A stretch of 64,000 nt of DNA from an uncultured Desulfobacterales bacterium. GTDB lineage: Bacteria; Desulfobacterota; DSM-4660; Desulfatiglandales; HGW-15. How positions within the stretch are numbered: position 1 is the first letter of the stretch; each line of letters starts with the position of its first letter. This document shows positions 25,471 to 35,700 of this stretch, in pieces. Made by a program: the position numbers and the translations under genes. The DNA lies in NCBI GenBank assembly GCA_964647905.1, contig CAZYJR010000008.1:47823-111822 (forward strand), read 5' to 3'. The notes below the pieces were generated by a model. It was given only the letters and a program-made list of their open reading frames with translations, made no database searches and was not told where the DNA came from.

Positions 25471-27225
25471 TCAGGCGAGGATGGCCCGAAGGTCCTCATC
25501 CGGTGTGGAGATGGGCATGATGTTGTAGTTGTCCACCAGCACCTGGAGGACTTCAGGGGTGATGAAGGCCGGTAGGGACGGCCCGAGCCTCATATCCCTG
25601 ATGCCCAGGGACAGAAGGGTGAGCAGGATTGCCACGGCCTTCTGCTCGTACCAGGAGAGGACCAAGGACAGGGGGAGCTCGTTCACGCCGCAGTCGAAAG
25701 CCTCTGCCAGGGCCGTGGCGATCTGTATCGCCGAGTAGGCGTCGTTGCACTGACCCACGTCCAGGAGCCTGGGAAGCCCACCGATCTTGCCCAGCTTCTT
25801 GTCGAAGAACCTGAACTTCCCGCACGCCAAGGTCATCACCAGGCAGTCCTCGGGGATCTTTTCCACGAACTCATTGTAGTAGTTCCTGCTCGGTTTTGCC
25901 CCGTCGCAACCGGCCACCAGAAAGATATGCCTGATATCCCCTTTTTTGACGCCTTCGATCACCTTGTCAGCGACCCCCATGATCGTGTTCCGCGCAAAAC
26001 CGACCCAGACGGTCCCGCCGTCCACGTCATCCGGATAGCCGGGCAGGTCCAACGCCCTCTGGATCACCGGGGTGAAGTCCTTGTCCGCGATGTGGGGAAT
26101 ATCCGGCCAGCCCACCACACCCGTGGTGAAGATGTTGTCCTGATACGCCGGGCGCGGTCTTTGTATGCAGTTGGTGGTCATGAGGATGGCGCCCGGGAAT
26201 TGAGAAAACTCCCTCCCTTGATTCTGCCAGGCGGTGCCGAAGTGGCCGTAGAAGTGTGGATAGCGCTCTTTCAGCTTGGGATACCCATGACAGGGAAGCA
26301 TTTCGCCGTGGGTATAGACATAAATCCCCTTGCCGGCGCTTTGGGCGAGGATCTTATCCAGATCGAACAGGTCGTGCCCGGAGACCAGGACGGCCTTCCC
26401 CTTTTTTGCACCCAGGGGGACCTCTGTCGGCGTCGGGTGGCCGTAAGTCCCGGTGTTCCCCGCATCCAGCAATTCCATGGCCCGAAGATTGGTGCGGCCG
26501 CACTCGAGCACCAGCCCAAGCAGATCATTCGTTTTCAGGTCATTGTCCAGGGTGGCGGCCAGGCCCTTGTGAACCGCCTGATACACTTTGTCGTCCCTCT
26601 GGCCCAGTTCTCTGGCGTGGTAGGCATATCCGCATACCCCTTTGAGCCCGAAAAGAAGGGTGTGCCGGAGGGAGCGGATGTCGGGGGCCACGCCGGGATC
26701 GGACTTGAGACCGTAATCCTTGGCCTGTTCGATCATCCCCTCCCGAGTGGCCGCAGGTTGAAAGTCCGCCGCTGTTCCTGCAAGCATATCCTGCCGCAGC
26801 GAGGCAGGGATTTCCTTCTTTAGCCCCTCCCGGAGACGAACGGAGTCCTTGACCAAGGACTCGAGCCTCCCCGGGTCAAACTCCACGTTCGTCAGTGTGG
26901 CGAACATGGCCTTGCAGACGAACTGGTTCACGGCGTCGTCGTTTATCCCCGCTTTCTGAGCGGCCAAGGCGGAAAGGGACAAGCCTTTCAACGAATGCAC
27001 CAGCAGGTCCTGCAAGGCGGCCACATTGGGCTTCTTTCCGCACACACCTATTGTGGTGCACCCCCTGCCTCCCATTGTCTGCTCGCATTGATAGCAGAAC
27101 ATCTTTGTGTCCTGGGCGGCCCACAACTCCTTGGAGCCCAGCAAGGCGGGGCAAAAGGCTGAAGCCGCCACACCCATGGCACCTGTCTGAATGAATCTCC
27201 TTCTGGTTATCTCCTTTTTAAGCAT
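25471..27225 (-). CDS. hcp: Hybrid cluster protein (hydroxylamine/NO reductase) with N-terminal twin-arginine signal
   Basis: MFCYQCEQT...GVCGK N-terminal cluster motif and full-length Hcp body. The ATG at 27225 follows GGAGGG by 5 nt and adds MLKKEITRRRFIQTGAMGVAASAFCPALLG...LWA-AQ. Confidence 0.9.
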   Translation of the reverse strand: MLKKEITRRRFIQTGAMGVAASAFCPALLGSKELWAAQDTKMFCYQCEQTMGGRGCTTIGVCGKKPNVAALQDLLVHSLKGLSLSALAAQKAGINDDAVNQFVCKAMFATLTNVEFDPGRLESLVKDSVRLREGLKKEIPASLRQDMLAGTAADFQPAATREGMIEQAKDYGLKSDPGVAPDIRSLRHTLLFGLKGVCGYAYHARELGQRDDKVYQAVHKGLAATLDNDLKTNDLLGLVLECGRTNLRAMELLDAGNTGTYGHPTPTEVPLGAKKGKAVLVSGHDLFDLDKILAQSAGKGIYVYTHGEMLPCHGYPKLKERYPHFYGHFGTAWQNQGREFSQFPGAILMTTNCIQRPRPAYQDNIFTTGVVGWPDIPHIADKDFTPVIQRALDLPGYPDDVDGGTVWVGFARNTIMGVADKVIEGVKKGDIRHIFLVAGCDGAKPSRNYYNEFVEKIPEDCLVMTLACGKFRFFDKKLGKIGGLPRLLDVGQCNDAYSAIQIATALAEAFDCGVNELPLSLVLSWYEQKAVAILLTLLSLGIRDMRLGPSLPAFITPEVLQVLVDNYNIMPISTPDEDLRAILA

Positions 27226-27353
27226 TTCGTCCCTCCTTGGTGTTTAATTTACGGTTGCCGCCTCTCACAAAGGCGATGCCCAAAACGATGTTTCCAACAT
27301 GCACGGGCTTCCCCGGCCTTTGGTATAGGATAGAGAGACAAGAAATAAGCGCA

Positions 27354-27367
27354 TTGACTTAAGTCAA
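27354..27367. promoter_or_regulatory. CRP/FNR-type palindrome TTGACTTAAGTCAA (copy 3 of 5)
   Basis: Centre is about 135 nt upstream of the hcp ATG. Confidence 0.6.
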
Positions 27368-27568
27368 AGAGAGGCGACAAAAGAACGAACAGAGATGCTC
27401 GAGAAACGGTGAGGCCGTCTCGGGGGAGAAGAAGCGGAGGAACTTGGTCATGAACTTCCAGCAATTGATCTTGCTCCCGGTCATGGCCGACCCTCACGGG
27501 CTGTGTCTTGTCCTTGCAGGTAAGCAAGCCTGTGGAGGTTATGATGCCATGAAACGGGATCAAAGTCC

Positions 27569-27582
27569 TTGACTTAGGTCAA
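27569..27582. promoter_or_regulatory. CRP/FNR-type palindrome TTGACTTAGGTCAA (copy 4 of 5)
   Basis: Second copy in the hcp upstream region, about 350 nt from the ATG and just downstream of the metY stop. Confidence 0.5.
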
Positions 27583-27642
27583 CTATTCGCCCCGGGCACA
27601 AGACAACCCGCCTTCCGGTCCCTTAAACACGCCCGCCTGAGC

Positions 27643-28929
27643 TCAGGCGGCCGCCTCCAGGGCCTGGTCCACGTCCTCCAGGATGTCCCTCAAGTCCTCT
27701 ATGCCCACCGAGAGGCGCACCATGTCCGGCGTGATTCCCGCGGCCCTCTGGGCAGGCTCGGAGAGCTGTGAATGCGTGGTGCTGGCCGGGTGTATGGCGA
27801 GGGTCTTGGCGTCGCCCACGTTGGCCAAGTGGGAGATCAGTCGGAGCCTGTTGATGAAGCTCTCCCCTGCACTCCTGCCGCCGCGGATCCCAAAGACCAC
27901 CATGGCTCCGAATCCGCGTTGAAGCAGGCGGGCTGCCACAGGATTGGCCCTGTCCGAGGAGAGCCCGGGGTAGCGCACCCAGCTCACGCGAGGATGATTC
28001 TTGAGGTGCAGAGCGGCTTTTATGGCGTTCTCGCAGTGCCGCTGCATCCGTAGAGAAAGCGTTTCCAGCCCCTGGAGGAACATCCAGGCGTTGTCCGGAC
28101 TGATGCAGGCCCCCAGGTTCCGGAGCGGCACCAGTCGCATGCGCATGATGAAGGCCACGGGGTTCGATTCGCCCAGGTCTTGGGCGAATCGGATCCCGTG
28201 GTACGAGGAGTCCGGCTCGTTGAAAAGGCGGAACTTCTCGTCGGTCCAATCGAAGCGCCCTTTGTCCACCACGATCCCCCCTATGCCCGTACCATGCCCG
28301 CCGAGCCACTTGGTCAAGGAATGGACAACGATGTCCGCGCCGTGATCCAGGGGGCGGAGCAGGTAGGGTGTGGTGAATGTGGAATCAACGGCCAGGGGAA
28401 GATGGTGGCGGCGGGCGACTCGGGCCACTTCCGGGATATCCGTTACGTCCAGCACAGGGTTTCCTATGGTTTCTGCATAAAGAAGCCTTGTTTTGGAGTT
28501 CACGGCCCGGTCGAAGTTCTCAGGGTCCCCGGGGTCGACAAAGCGGACGGTTATGCCCAGCTCCGGCAGGATATCATTGAACATGGTGTAGGTCCCGCCA
28601 TAGAGGTTATTGGCCGAGACCACCTCATCCCCCCGGCCGCATACGTTGATAACCGTATAAAAAACCGCAGCGGTGCCGGAGGCGAGAGCCAATGCTCCCG
28701 CCCCTCCTTCGAGGGCGCTCATCCGCTGCTCCAAGACCTCCTGCGTGGGGTTCATTATCCTTGTGTAGATATTGCCCGGCTCCTTCAGGGCGAACAAGTT
28801 GGCTGCATGCTCGCTGTTCTTGAAGAGGTACGAGCTGGTGCGGTGTACCGGGACGCCTCTGGATCCGGTCTGATCCACAAGGGCCCCGGCGTGAAGGGCC
28901 AGGGTGTCGAATCGGTAATTCCCGCTCAT
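27643..28929 (-). CDS. metY: O-acetylhomoserine sulfhydrylase (PLP-dependent)
   Basis: MSGNYRFDTLALHAG start 9 nt after AGGAGG. SLTKWLGGHG contains the PLP Lys. Whole-length similarity to MetY/Cys-Met metabolism enzymes. Confidence 0.85.
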   Translation of the reverse strand: MSGNYRFDTLALHAGALVDQTGSRGVPVHRTSSYLFKNSEHAANLFALKEPGNIYTRIMNPTQEVLEQRMSALEGGAGALALASGTAAVFYTVINVCGRGDEVVSANNLYGGTYTMFNDILPELGITVRFVDPGDPENFDRAVNSKTRLLYAETIGNPVLDVTDIPEVARVARRHHLPLAVDSTFTTPYLLRPLDHGADIVVHSLTKWLGGHGTGIGGIVVDKGRFDWTDEKFRLFNEPDSSYHGIRFAQDLGESNPVAFIMRMRLVPLRNLGACISPDNAWMFLQGLETLSLRMQRHCENAIKAALHLKNHPRVSWVRYPGLSSDRANPVAARLLQRGFGAMVVFGIRGGRSAGESFINRLRLISHLANVGDAKTLAIHPASTTHSQLSEPAQRAAGITPDMVRLSVGIEDLRDILEDVDQALEAAA

Positions 28930-29069
28930 TTTTGAGGCTCCTCCTTTAAGAATTTTCACTTCTCAGATTCTACCACCTTGTGGTATGATGTATCAAGTCT
29001 TAAACCGAACCAAAGGATATCCGCCCCGGCGCGGTGACCCGGGACGTGGAGAGCACCGGAGAGAACCTG

Positions 29070-30260
29070 ATGAGCGAGTACATCGAGCACGACAATGAGG
29101 GTGTGTCCGTGGGGTTGGTGAAGACCGAGTACTTCACCCTTGGTTATCCTCCGAACGAGATGACCCCGGAGCGCGGAGGAAGACTGGGACCGGTAACCCT
29201 GGCCTACGAGACTTACGGGGAGCTGAGCCGGGAGCGAGACAATGCGGTGCTGGTCCTCCACGCGCTCTCCGGAGACGCCCACGCGGCGGGCTACCACGCC
29301 CCGGGAGATCTCAAGCCCGGCTGGTGGGACATAATGATAGGACCGGGCAAGGCGATAGACACGGACAGGTATTTTGTCATCTGCAGCAACATACTGGGCA
29401 GCTGCATGGGCTCGACAGGGCCCTCCTCAATCAACCCAAGGACCGGCCGGCCCTACGGCCTGGCCTTTCCCATGATCACCATAGGAGACATGGTCAGGGC
29501 CCAAAAGGCCCTTGTGGACGACCTTGGGATAGAGAGGCTCCTCTGCGTGATCGGGGGGTCGATCGGAGGGATGCAGGTCCTGGAGTGGTGCGTCCGATAC
29601 CCGGACAAGGTGCTCTCCGCCGTTCCCCTGGCCACCACCACAAGGCACTCGGCGCTCGCCATCGCATTCAACGAAGTGGCCAGGCAGGCCGTTATGGCGG
29701 ATCCCAACTGGGCGGGCGGGGATTACTACGGCGGGAAAAAACCGGAGCCGGGCCTTTCAGTGGCCAGGATGATAGGGCACATCACCTACCTCTCGGAGGA
29801 GGCCATGAGACGGAAGTTCGGGAGGCGCGGGCTGAAGCCCGAGGTAGAACTGCATCCGGGCTTTGCCCCCGACTTTCAGGTGGAAAGCTACCTGAGGCAC
29901 CAGGGAGGCAAGTTCGTCAAGCGCTTCGATGCAAACTCCTTTCTATACATAACCAAGGCGGCGGATCACTTCGACCTGGAGCAGCGGTACGGTGCGGGCT
30001 CGGCTGTCAAGGCCTTTTCCAAGGCAAAGGCGCGCTTCCTGGTGGTCTCCTTCACCTCAGACTGGCTCTATCCCACTTATCAGTCCAGGGCCATGGTCAG
30101 GGCCATGAAAAAGAACCACCTGGATGTGAGCTTCTGCGAGCTTGAATCGGACTGGGGCCACGACGCGTTCCTGCTGCCCAATCCCAAGCTGACCGACCTG
30201 ATCCGGGGATTTCTGGACCGGGGGTCAAAACAAGCCGGATGGAGGCTTCGTGCGGTTTGA
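29070..30260 (+). CDS. metX: Homoserine O-acetyltransferase
   Basis: ATG 6 nt after GGAGAG. GGSIGGMQ nucleophile elbow; LSGDAHAAG and the C-terminal ...SDWGHDAFL block are typical of MetX. Confidence 0.85.
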   Translation: MSEYIEHDNEGVSVGLVKTEYFTLGYPPNEMTPERGGRLGPVTLAYETYGELSRERDNAVLVLHALSGDAHAAGYHAPGDLKPGWWDIMIGPGKAIDTDRYFVICSNILGSCMGSTGPSSINPRTGRPYGLAFPMITIGDMVRAQKALVDDLGIERLLCVIGGSIGGMQVLEWCVRYPDKVLSAVPLATTTRHSALAIAFNEVARQAVMADPNWAGGDYYGGKKPEPGLSVARMIGHITYLSEEAMRRKFGRRGLKPEVELHPGFAPDFQVESYLRHQGGKFVKRFDANSFLYITKAADHFDLEQRYGAGSAVKAFSKAKARFLVVSFTSDWLYPTYQSRAMVRAMKKNHLDVSFCELESDWGHDAFLLPNPKLTDLIRGFLDRGSKQAGWRLRAV

Positions 30261-30843
30261 CCTCAGGATCATTGCCTCTTGGATAGAGCCCGGATCCACG
30301 GTCCTGGACCTGGGCTGCGGAGAGGGCGACCTCCTGGTCCTGCTCAGGGACCGGAAGGGGGTTCAGGGATTCGGCATCGAGCTGGTGGAGTCCAAGGTGG
30401 CCCGTTGCATAGCAAGGGGGCTCTCCGTAATCCAGGGCGACATGAACCTGGAGGTCATGGATTACGCGGATCGGTCTTTCGACTATGTAGTCCTGAGCCG
30501 GACCCTGCAGCAGGCATACAAACCGGACGATCTGATCCGGTCAATGCTGAGGATCGGCAAGAGAGGAGTGGTCAGCTTCCCCAACTTCGGCCACTGGCGC
30601 GTCAGATGGCAGCTCCTGACAACGGGCCGTGCGCCGGTCACCCGCCAACTCCCCTATCAGTGGTATGACACACCTAACATCCGGGTCCTCACCTTGAAAG
30701 ACTTCCGAAGATTTTCGAAGCAGGTGGGCTTCGAGATCTTTCGGGAGGTCCCGGTAGTCACCGACGAAGAAAGCGCCAGCGGAAAGACGGTGACGACCCT
30801 CCCCAATCTCCGGGCCACCTATGGTATCTTCCTGATCGGGTAG
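30250..30843 (+). CDS. metW: Methionine biosynthesis protein MetW
   Basis: GTG after GGAGG. MRFDLRIIASWIEPGSTVLDLGCGEGDLL is the canonical MetW N-terminus. Overlaps metX. Confidence 0.85.
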   Translation: MRFDLRIIASWIEPGSTVLDLGCGEGDLLVLLRDRKGVQGFGIELVESKVARCIARGLSVIQGDMNLEVMDYADRSFDYVVLSRTLQQAYKPDDLIRSMLRIGKRGVVSFPNFGHWRVRWQLLTTGRAPVTRQLPYQWYDTPNIRVLTLKDFRRFSKQVGFEIFREVPVVTDEESASGKTVTTLPNLRATYGIFLIG

Positions 30844-30896
30844 CCCCTTCGCATTCCTATCAGCCGTTTTGCTCATATGGAAAAACAATCTTCTGT

Positions 30897-30910
30897 TTGA
30901 CTTAGGTCAA
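30897..30910. promoter_or_regulatory. CRP/FNR-type palindrome TTGACTTAGGTCAA (copy 5 of 5)
   Basis: Lies 119 nt upstream of the 31029 ATG (small protein plus RND efflux operon). Confidence 0.55.
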
Positions 30911-31028
30911 TGAAGGTGGATCCGAATCATGGTATATTCATATGATTAAAATGCTTGAGCGCTAGCGGCGGCAAGACCGCCGCCCGAATCCCAATGCCCC
31001 CGCATTCGGGGGATAAAGGAGAAGAGAT

Positions 31029-31328
31029 ATGCGCAAAGGGATGCCCTATACCGGATTGAAACCAGCGCAGCCGCTCCCGCCCGTCCTGGCATCAGCCGAG
31101 AAGGCGTTGCAGACGGGTGACATGGGGCCGCTCTCCGGTCTTTTGGCCGATGAAATGCATCAAGAGCTGGAGAGGCTCTTTGTCAAGGCCCGCGAAGCCA
31201 AGAAGCACAAGGACGAGAATCTGGCGGCGGGCCGGGAATGGGCGGACGCCTATGTCAAGTACGTGATCTACGTACACGGCCTCTATAAGACCATCAAGGC
31301 CGGGCCGGCCCACGGCGCCGGTGAGTGA
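31029..31328 (+). CDS. Small hypothetical protein (99 aa)
   Basis: SD AAAGGAGAAGAG. PYTGLKPA...AGREWADAYVKYVIYVHGLY resembles, from memory, the C-terminal half of a DUF6448-like family. No signal peptide is present. Confidence 0.45.
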   Translation: MRKGMPYTGLKPAQPLPPVLASAEKALQTGDMGPLSGLLADEMHQELERLFVKAREAKKHKDENLAAGREWADAYVKYVIYVHGLYKTIKAGPAHGAGE

Positions 31329-31350
31329 CCGCCCCTGAGAGAGGGGCCCC

Positions 31351-32727
31351 ATGCGAGGACACATGAATCGATTGATCAAGCTGGTTTTGACCATCCTGCC
31401 GGTCGCAGCGGCAGCCGCCCTGACCGCCTACCTGGTCGCGAACCGCCCTGGCCCGGAGAAGAAACCAAGGGGCGAGGAGGTCAGGACGCTGAGGGTGATC
31501 AAGGCGCCCGCCCCGGATCTGGTTCCCAGGGCTACCGGCTACGGCGTGGCCGAGCCCGGGGAGGTGTGGGAGGCGGTGGCCGAGGTCAAGGGGACGGTTG
31601 CGGAAGTCCACCCGCGTCTAAGCTCGGGCGAGTTGATCCGGGGGGACAGTGTGCTGGTCCGATTGGATCCGGCCGAGTATGAGCTTGCAATCGCACGTCT
31701 GGAGGCCGCCCTTGAAGAGACACGAGCGAAGATAAAGGAGCTTTCCGGCGAGGCGGAGAACATTGAGCGGCTGCTTGCCGTCGAGAGGAGATCTCTGGAC
31801 CTGGCCCGGAAATCGTTCGACAGGAAGCGGACCCAGGCGCAGCGAGGCGTCATGTCCCAGGACGAGGCGGACCGAGAGGAAAGAGCGTTTCTCCAGCAGC
31901 AGCAGAAGGTACGGGAGCTTGAAAACACCCTCTCTTTGATCCCGTCGAGACGGAGGGCCTTGAACGCGGCCCTTGCCGTCCATGAGGCGGACCTTGAAAG
32001 GGCGAGGCTGGACCTTTCAAAGACAACCATAAGGGCCCCTTTTGACTGCCGGCTGGGAGAGGTCAAAATCGAACCCGGCCAATTCCTTCGTGCGGGACAG
32101 ACCCTTTTCAAGGCCCACGGGACCTCGGTCACTGAGGTGGAGGCGAGATTCAGGGCCGAGCAGATGCGCAATCTCCTGGGGGAGGAGAAGCGCAGGCGGT
32201 TTCAGACCGGGGTGGGCATAGAGACATTCGCCCGAATCTTCGAAGACATGAAGGTCCTGGTACGCCTGGAGAGCGGTGAGTGGTCGGCCGAGTGGGAGGC
32301 GCGTATCGACCGGGTCCGGGAGGAGACGGACCCGGGGACCAGAGACGTCAAGGTCATAGCGGCGGTCGACCGCCCTTACGAAAAGGCGGTCCCCGGCGAG
32401 CGCCCTCCCTTGACCGCAGGCATGTTCTGCGAGGTGGAGATCCGGGCGCCGGCGCGTCCGGGGAGCATCATATTGCCCAGGTCCTCAGTTCACACTGGCG
32501 GCGTCTTTGTCCTGGACCGGGAGCAGCGCCTGCGTAAGAGAGAGGTGGTTGTGGATTTCGCCCAGGGGGATTTCGTGGTGATCCTATCAGGCTTGGAAGG
32601 CGGCGAGACGGTGGTGGTATCCGACCCTTCTCCGGCGATCATCGGAATGAAGGTCTCGCCGGTCTTGGATGAGGACCTCCTGCAGCGGCTCCTGGCTCAA
32701 GGCAGGGGTGGAGAGGGAACCCCATGA
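31351..32727 (+). CDS. Efflux RND periplasmic adaptor (HlyD/MFP family)
   Basis: N-terminal TM anchor, long coiled-coil hairpin region, and beta-barrel C-terminus. 4-nt overlap with the pump gene. Confidence 0.85.
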   Translation: MRGHMNRLIKLVLTILPVAAAAALTAYLVANRPGPEKKPRGEEVRTLRVIKAPAPDLVPRATGYGVAEPGEVWEAVAEVKGTVAEVHPRLSSGELIRGDSVLVRLDPAEYELAIARLEAALEETRAKIKELSGEAENIERLLAVERRSLDLARKSFDRKRTQAQRGVMSQDEADREERAFLQQQQKVRELENTLSLIPSRRRALNAALAVHEADLERARLDLSKTTIRAPFDCRLGEVKIEPGQFLRAGQTLFKAHGTSVTEVEARFRAEQMRNLLGEEKRRRFQTGVGIETFARIFEDMKVLVRLESGEWSAEWEARIDRVREETDPGTRDVKVIAAVDRPYEKAVPGERPPLTAGMFCEVEIRAPARPGSIILPRSSVHTGGVFVLDREQRLRKREVVVDFAQGDFVVILSGLEGGETVVVSDPSPAIIGMKVSPVLDEDLLQRLLAQGRGGEGTP

Positions 32728-35700
32728 TCCGCCTTTTCACCGCGCATCCCACCGCCGCGAACCTGCTGATGATCTCATTCCTAGTGGCGGGTGTGCTCAG
32801 CACCCCGCACATCCTCCGGGAGACCCAGCCGGACTATGCCCCGAGCGAAGTCGAGATTCGCATCAGATACCCCGGGGCCACCGCCGGAGAGGTGGAGGAG
32901 GTGGTATGCAGGAGAGTGGAAGACGCCCTTGACGGGATCAGCTTCGTCGAAGAGGTGCGGTCCGACGCGCGGGAAGGGCTTGCCTCCATCGTGGTGGAGA
33001 TGAGCGACGCGGGCGAGATCCTGACCTTTCTGAACGATATACAGACCGAGGTGGACGCCATAGACGATTTCCCGGCGGAGGTGGAAGACCCGATAATTAC
33101 CGAGCTAGGCCGGACCGATCCGGTCATGTCTCTCTTGGTCTCCGGGCCCATGAGCCTGCCGGATCTCAAGGCCTACTCCGAAGACCTGAAGGACCGGATG
33201 CAGGAAGCCGGAATTCCGCTGATCGATATCACGGGGTTCTCGGAGCACCAGCTCCGGGTCTCCCTCTCCGGCGATGCGCTCAGGCGCCTGGGGCAGGGCG
33301 CGGCGCAGGTGGCCGAGCGCATCGCCGCCCAGAGCAATGACATGCCCCTGGGTACCATTGAAACCAGGGAGACCGAGATCCTTCTCAGGTTCGTGGACCA
33401 GCGCCGGACGCCCGAAGAGCTTGAAAACCTGGTCATACTGGCCGGTCCCGAGGGGGGCGAGGTCCGGCTCGGCGACATCTCCAGGGTGGAGGACCTCTTC
33501 GAGCCAGCTGAAGAAAAGGTCGTGGTCGGGGGGAGCAGGAGCGCTCTATTGAATGTCTGCAAGACCAAGGAGCAGGACTCCATACGGATCGCCGAGCAGG
33601 TCAAGGCCTTCATCCGGGACGAGCGCCTCCGCCGCCCCCGGGTGGAGCTCACCGTCACCCAGGACCAGACCGGCATCCTCGAGGACCGGCTGGAGATGCT
33701 GCTCAAGAACGGCGTACAGGGGCTTATACTGGTATTCGCCGTCTTGTGGCTCTTCTTCGGGGGCCGGATCTCATTCTGGGTGGCCCTGGGACTGCCGGTC
33801 TCCTTTCTGGGCGCGTTCATCCTGGTCCCGCACCTGGGGCTCAGCATCAATATGTTCACCATGGTGGGTATGCTGATGGCCCTGGGGCTGTTGATGGATG
33901 ACGCGATCGTAATCGCCGAGAACATCATGGCCCACAGACACAGGGGCAAGTCCCCGCTCCAGGCGGCGGTGGACGGCACCAGGGAGGTGGCACCGGGCGT
34001 TGTCTCGTCATTCATTACCACCGCCTGCATTCTGGGGCCGCTTGCCTTTGTGGGGGGTCAGATAGGAAAGGTCCTCCGGGTGGTCCCCATGATGCTCATC
34101 CTGGTCTTGGCGGTCAGCCTGATAGAGGCCTTTTTGATCCTCCCCGCCCACCTCAACCACGCCCTCCACGGCATAAAGGAAAACAAGGCAGGCCGTTTCA
34201 GGCGGGCCTTTGACGCCTCGTTCGCCTGGGTGCGCGACCGCCTCCTAGGAGGGGCCGTGGAGGTGCTCCTCAGGTGGCGATACCCTTTCCTGGGCCTTGT
34301 GACCTCCGTATTCATACTCTCGCTGGGCATGGTGGCATCCGGGAAGATCAAGTTCCAGGGGTTCCCGGAGCTCGAAGGCGACGTGGTCCTGGCGCGCCTG
34401 CTGCTCCCCCAGGGCACCCCGCTCTCCCGCACCGAGGGTGTGGTGAATCGCGTGCTGGAGGCCCTGGATCGCACCAATGAAGAGTTCAAGCCCAAACAGC
34501 CCGAAGGAGAGGATTTGGTTCGAAACGCCTATGTCCAGTACAACCTGAACACCGAGGCTTTGGAGAGCGGGCCCCATGTGGCCACCGTCACGGTGGATCT
34601 CCTTACCGCTGAAAGACGTACCGGCACCATAGAGGGATATCTGGCAACCTGGAGAAGGGAGATCGGCGATCCGCCGGACGTGCTCAGTCTCACCCTGGGC
34701 GAGCCCGGGTTCGGGCCCGGCGGACGGCCCATCGAGGTCCGGGTGAGGGGAAGGGATCTGGAGGAACTGAAAAGGGCGGCGGCCGATTTGAAGCAGTGGT
34801 TCGGGGGCTTCGAGGGGGTGATCAACCTGGCCGACGACCTCAGGCCGGGCAAGCCCGAGCTTCGCATGAAGATGCGTGAAGGGGCCTACGGGATGGGGAT
34901 CGATGCCGAGACAGTCTCCCGGCAGCTCAGGGCCTCGTTCCAGGGCGCGGTGGCCGATGAGATCCAGGTGGGCCCTGAATCCTACGAGATCGAGGTCCGT
35001 CTCGCCGGAAAAGATCGCGACAGCCTGGCCCGAATAGAAGACTTCGACCTCTTTCTTCCGGACGGGACCCGGGTCCCCCTGAGTTCGGTGGTCTCCTGGG
35101 AGGAGGCGAGAGGCTGGGCCAGGATCGCGCGGTTCAACGGAATGCGGGCGGTGACTCTGAGGGGCGACGTGGACACCCGGCTCATAAACACCAACGAATT
35201 GATGCGGCTCTTCAACGACACCTACCTGCCCGAGTTCAAAGAGACCTACCCCGAACTCGAGCTCTCCATCGCCGGATCCCTGGAGGAGACCAACACCACC
35301 CGCAAGTCCATGCTGAGAGCCATGATGATAGGGTTCATCGGGATCTTCATACTGCTGAGCTTCCAGTTCAGGACCTATACCGAGCCTTTCATAGTCATGT
35401 TGGCTATACCCTTTTCCCTGATCGGCGTGGTTTGGGGTCACGGCCTCATGGGCGTTCCCATCAGCATGCCCAGCCTGCTCGGCTTCATCGCTCTCGGCGG
35501 AGTGGTGGTCAACGACTCCATACTCCTGGTCATGTTCCTCAAGACCGCAAGGAGGGAAGGGCTCTCCCTCCACCAGGCCGCGGCCCGGGCCAGCCGGACG
35601 AGATTCCGGGCCGTGCTCCTGACCTCCTCCACCACCATCGCCGGCCTCCTGCCCCTCCTGTTCGAGAAGAGCCTGCAGGCCCAGATCCTGATCCCCCTGG

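Noticed and set aside
27450-27569. 39-codon + strand ORF (MNFQQLILLPVMADPHGLCLVLAGKQACGGYDAMKRDQSP) with a good GGAGGA SD in the hcp upstream region.
   Set aside because: It runs antisense to the hcp promoter region and ends inside palindrome copy 4. I recognise no family. It could be a remnant or chance, and the evidence is insufficient to call.
28930-29069. Possible SAM riboswitch or other leader in the metY/metX divergent intergenic region.
   Set aside because: I could not find the conserved SAM-I/SAM-II core sequences or a convincing multi-helix fold by eye. Only a covariance-model scan (Rfam) could settle it.
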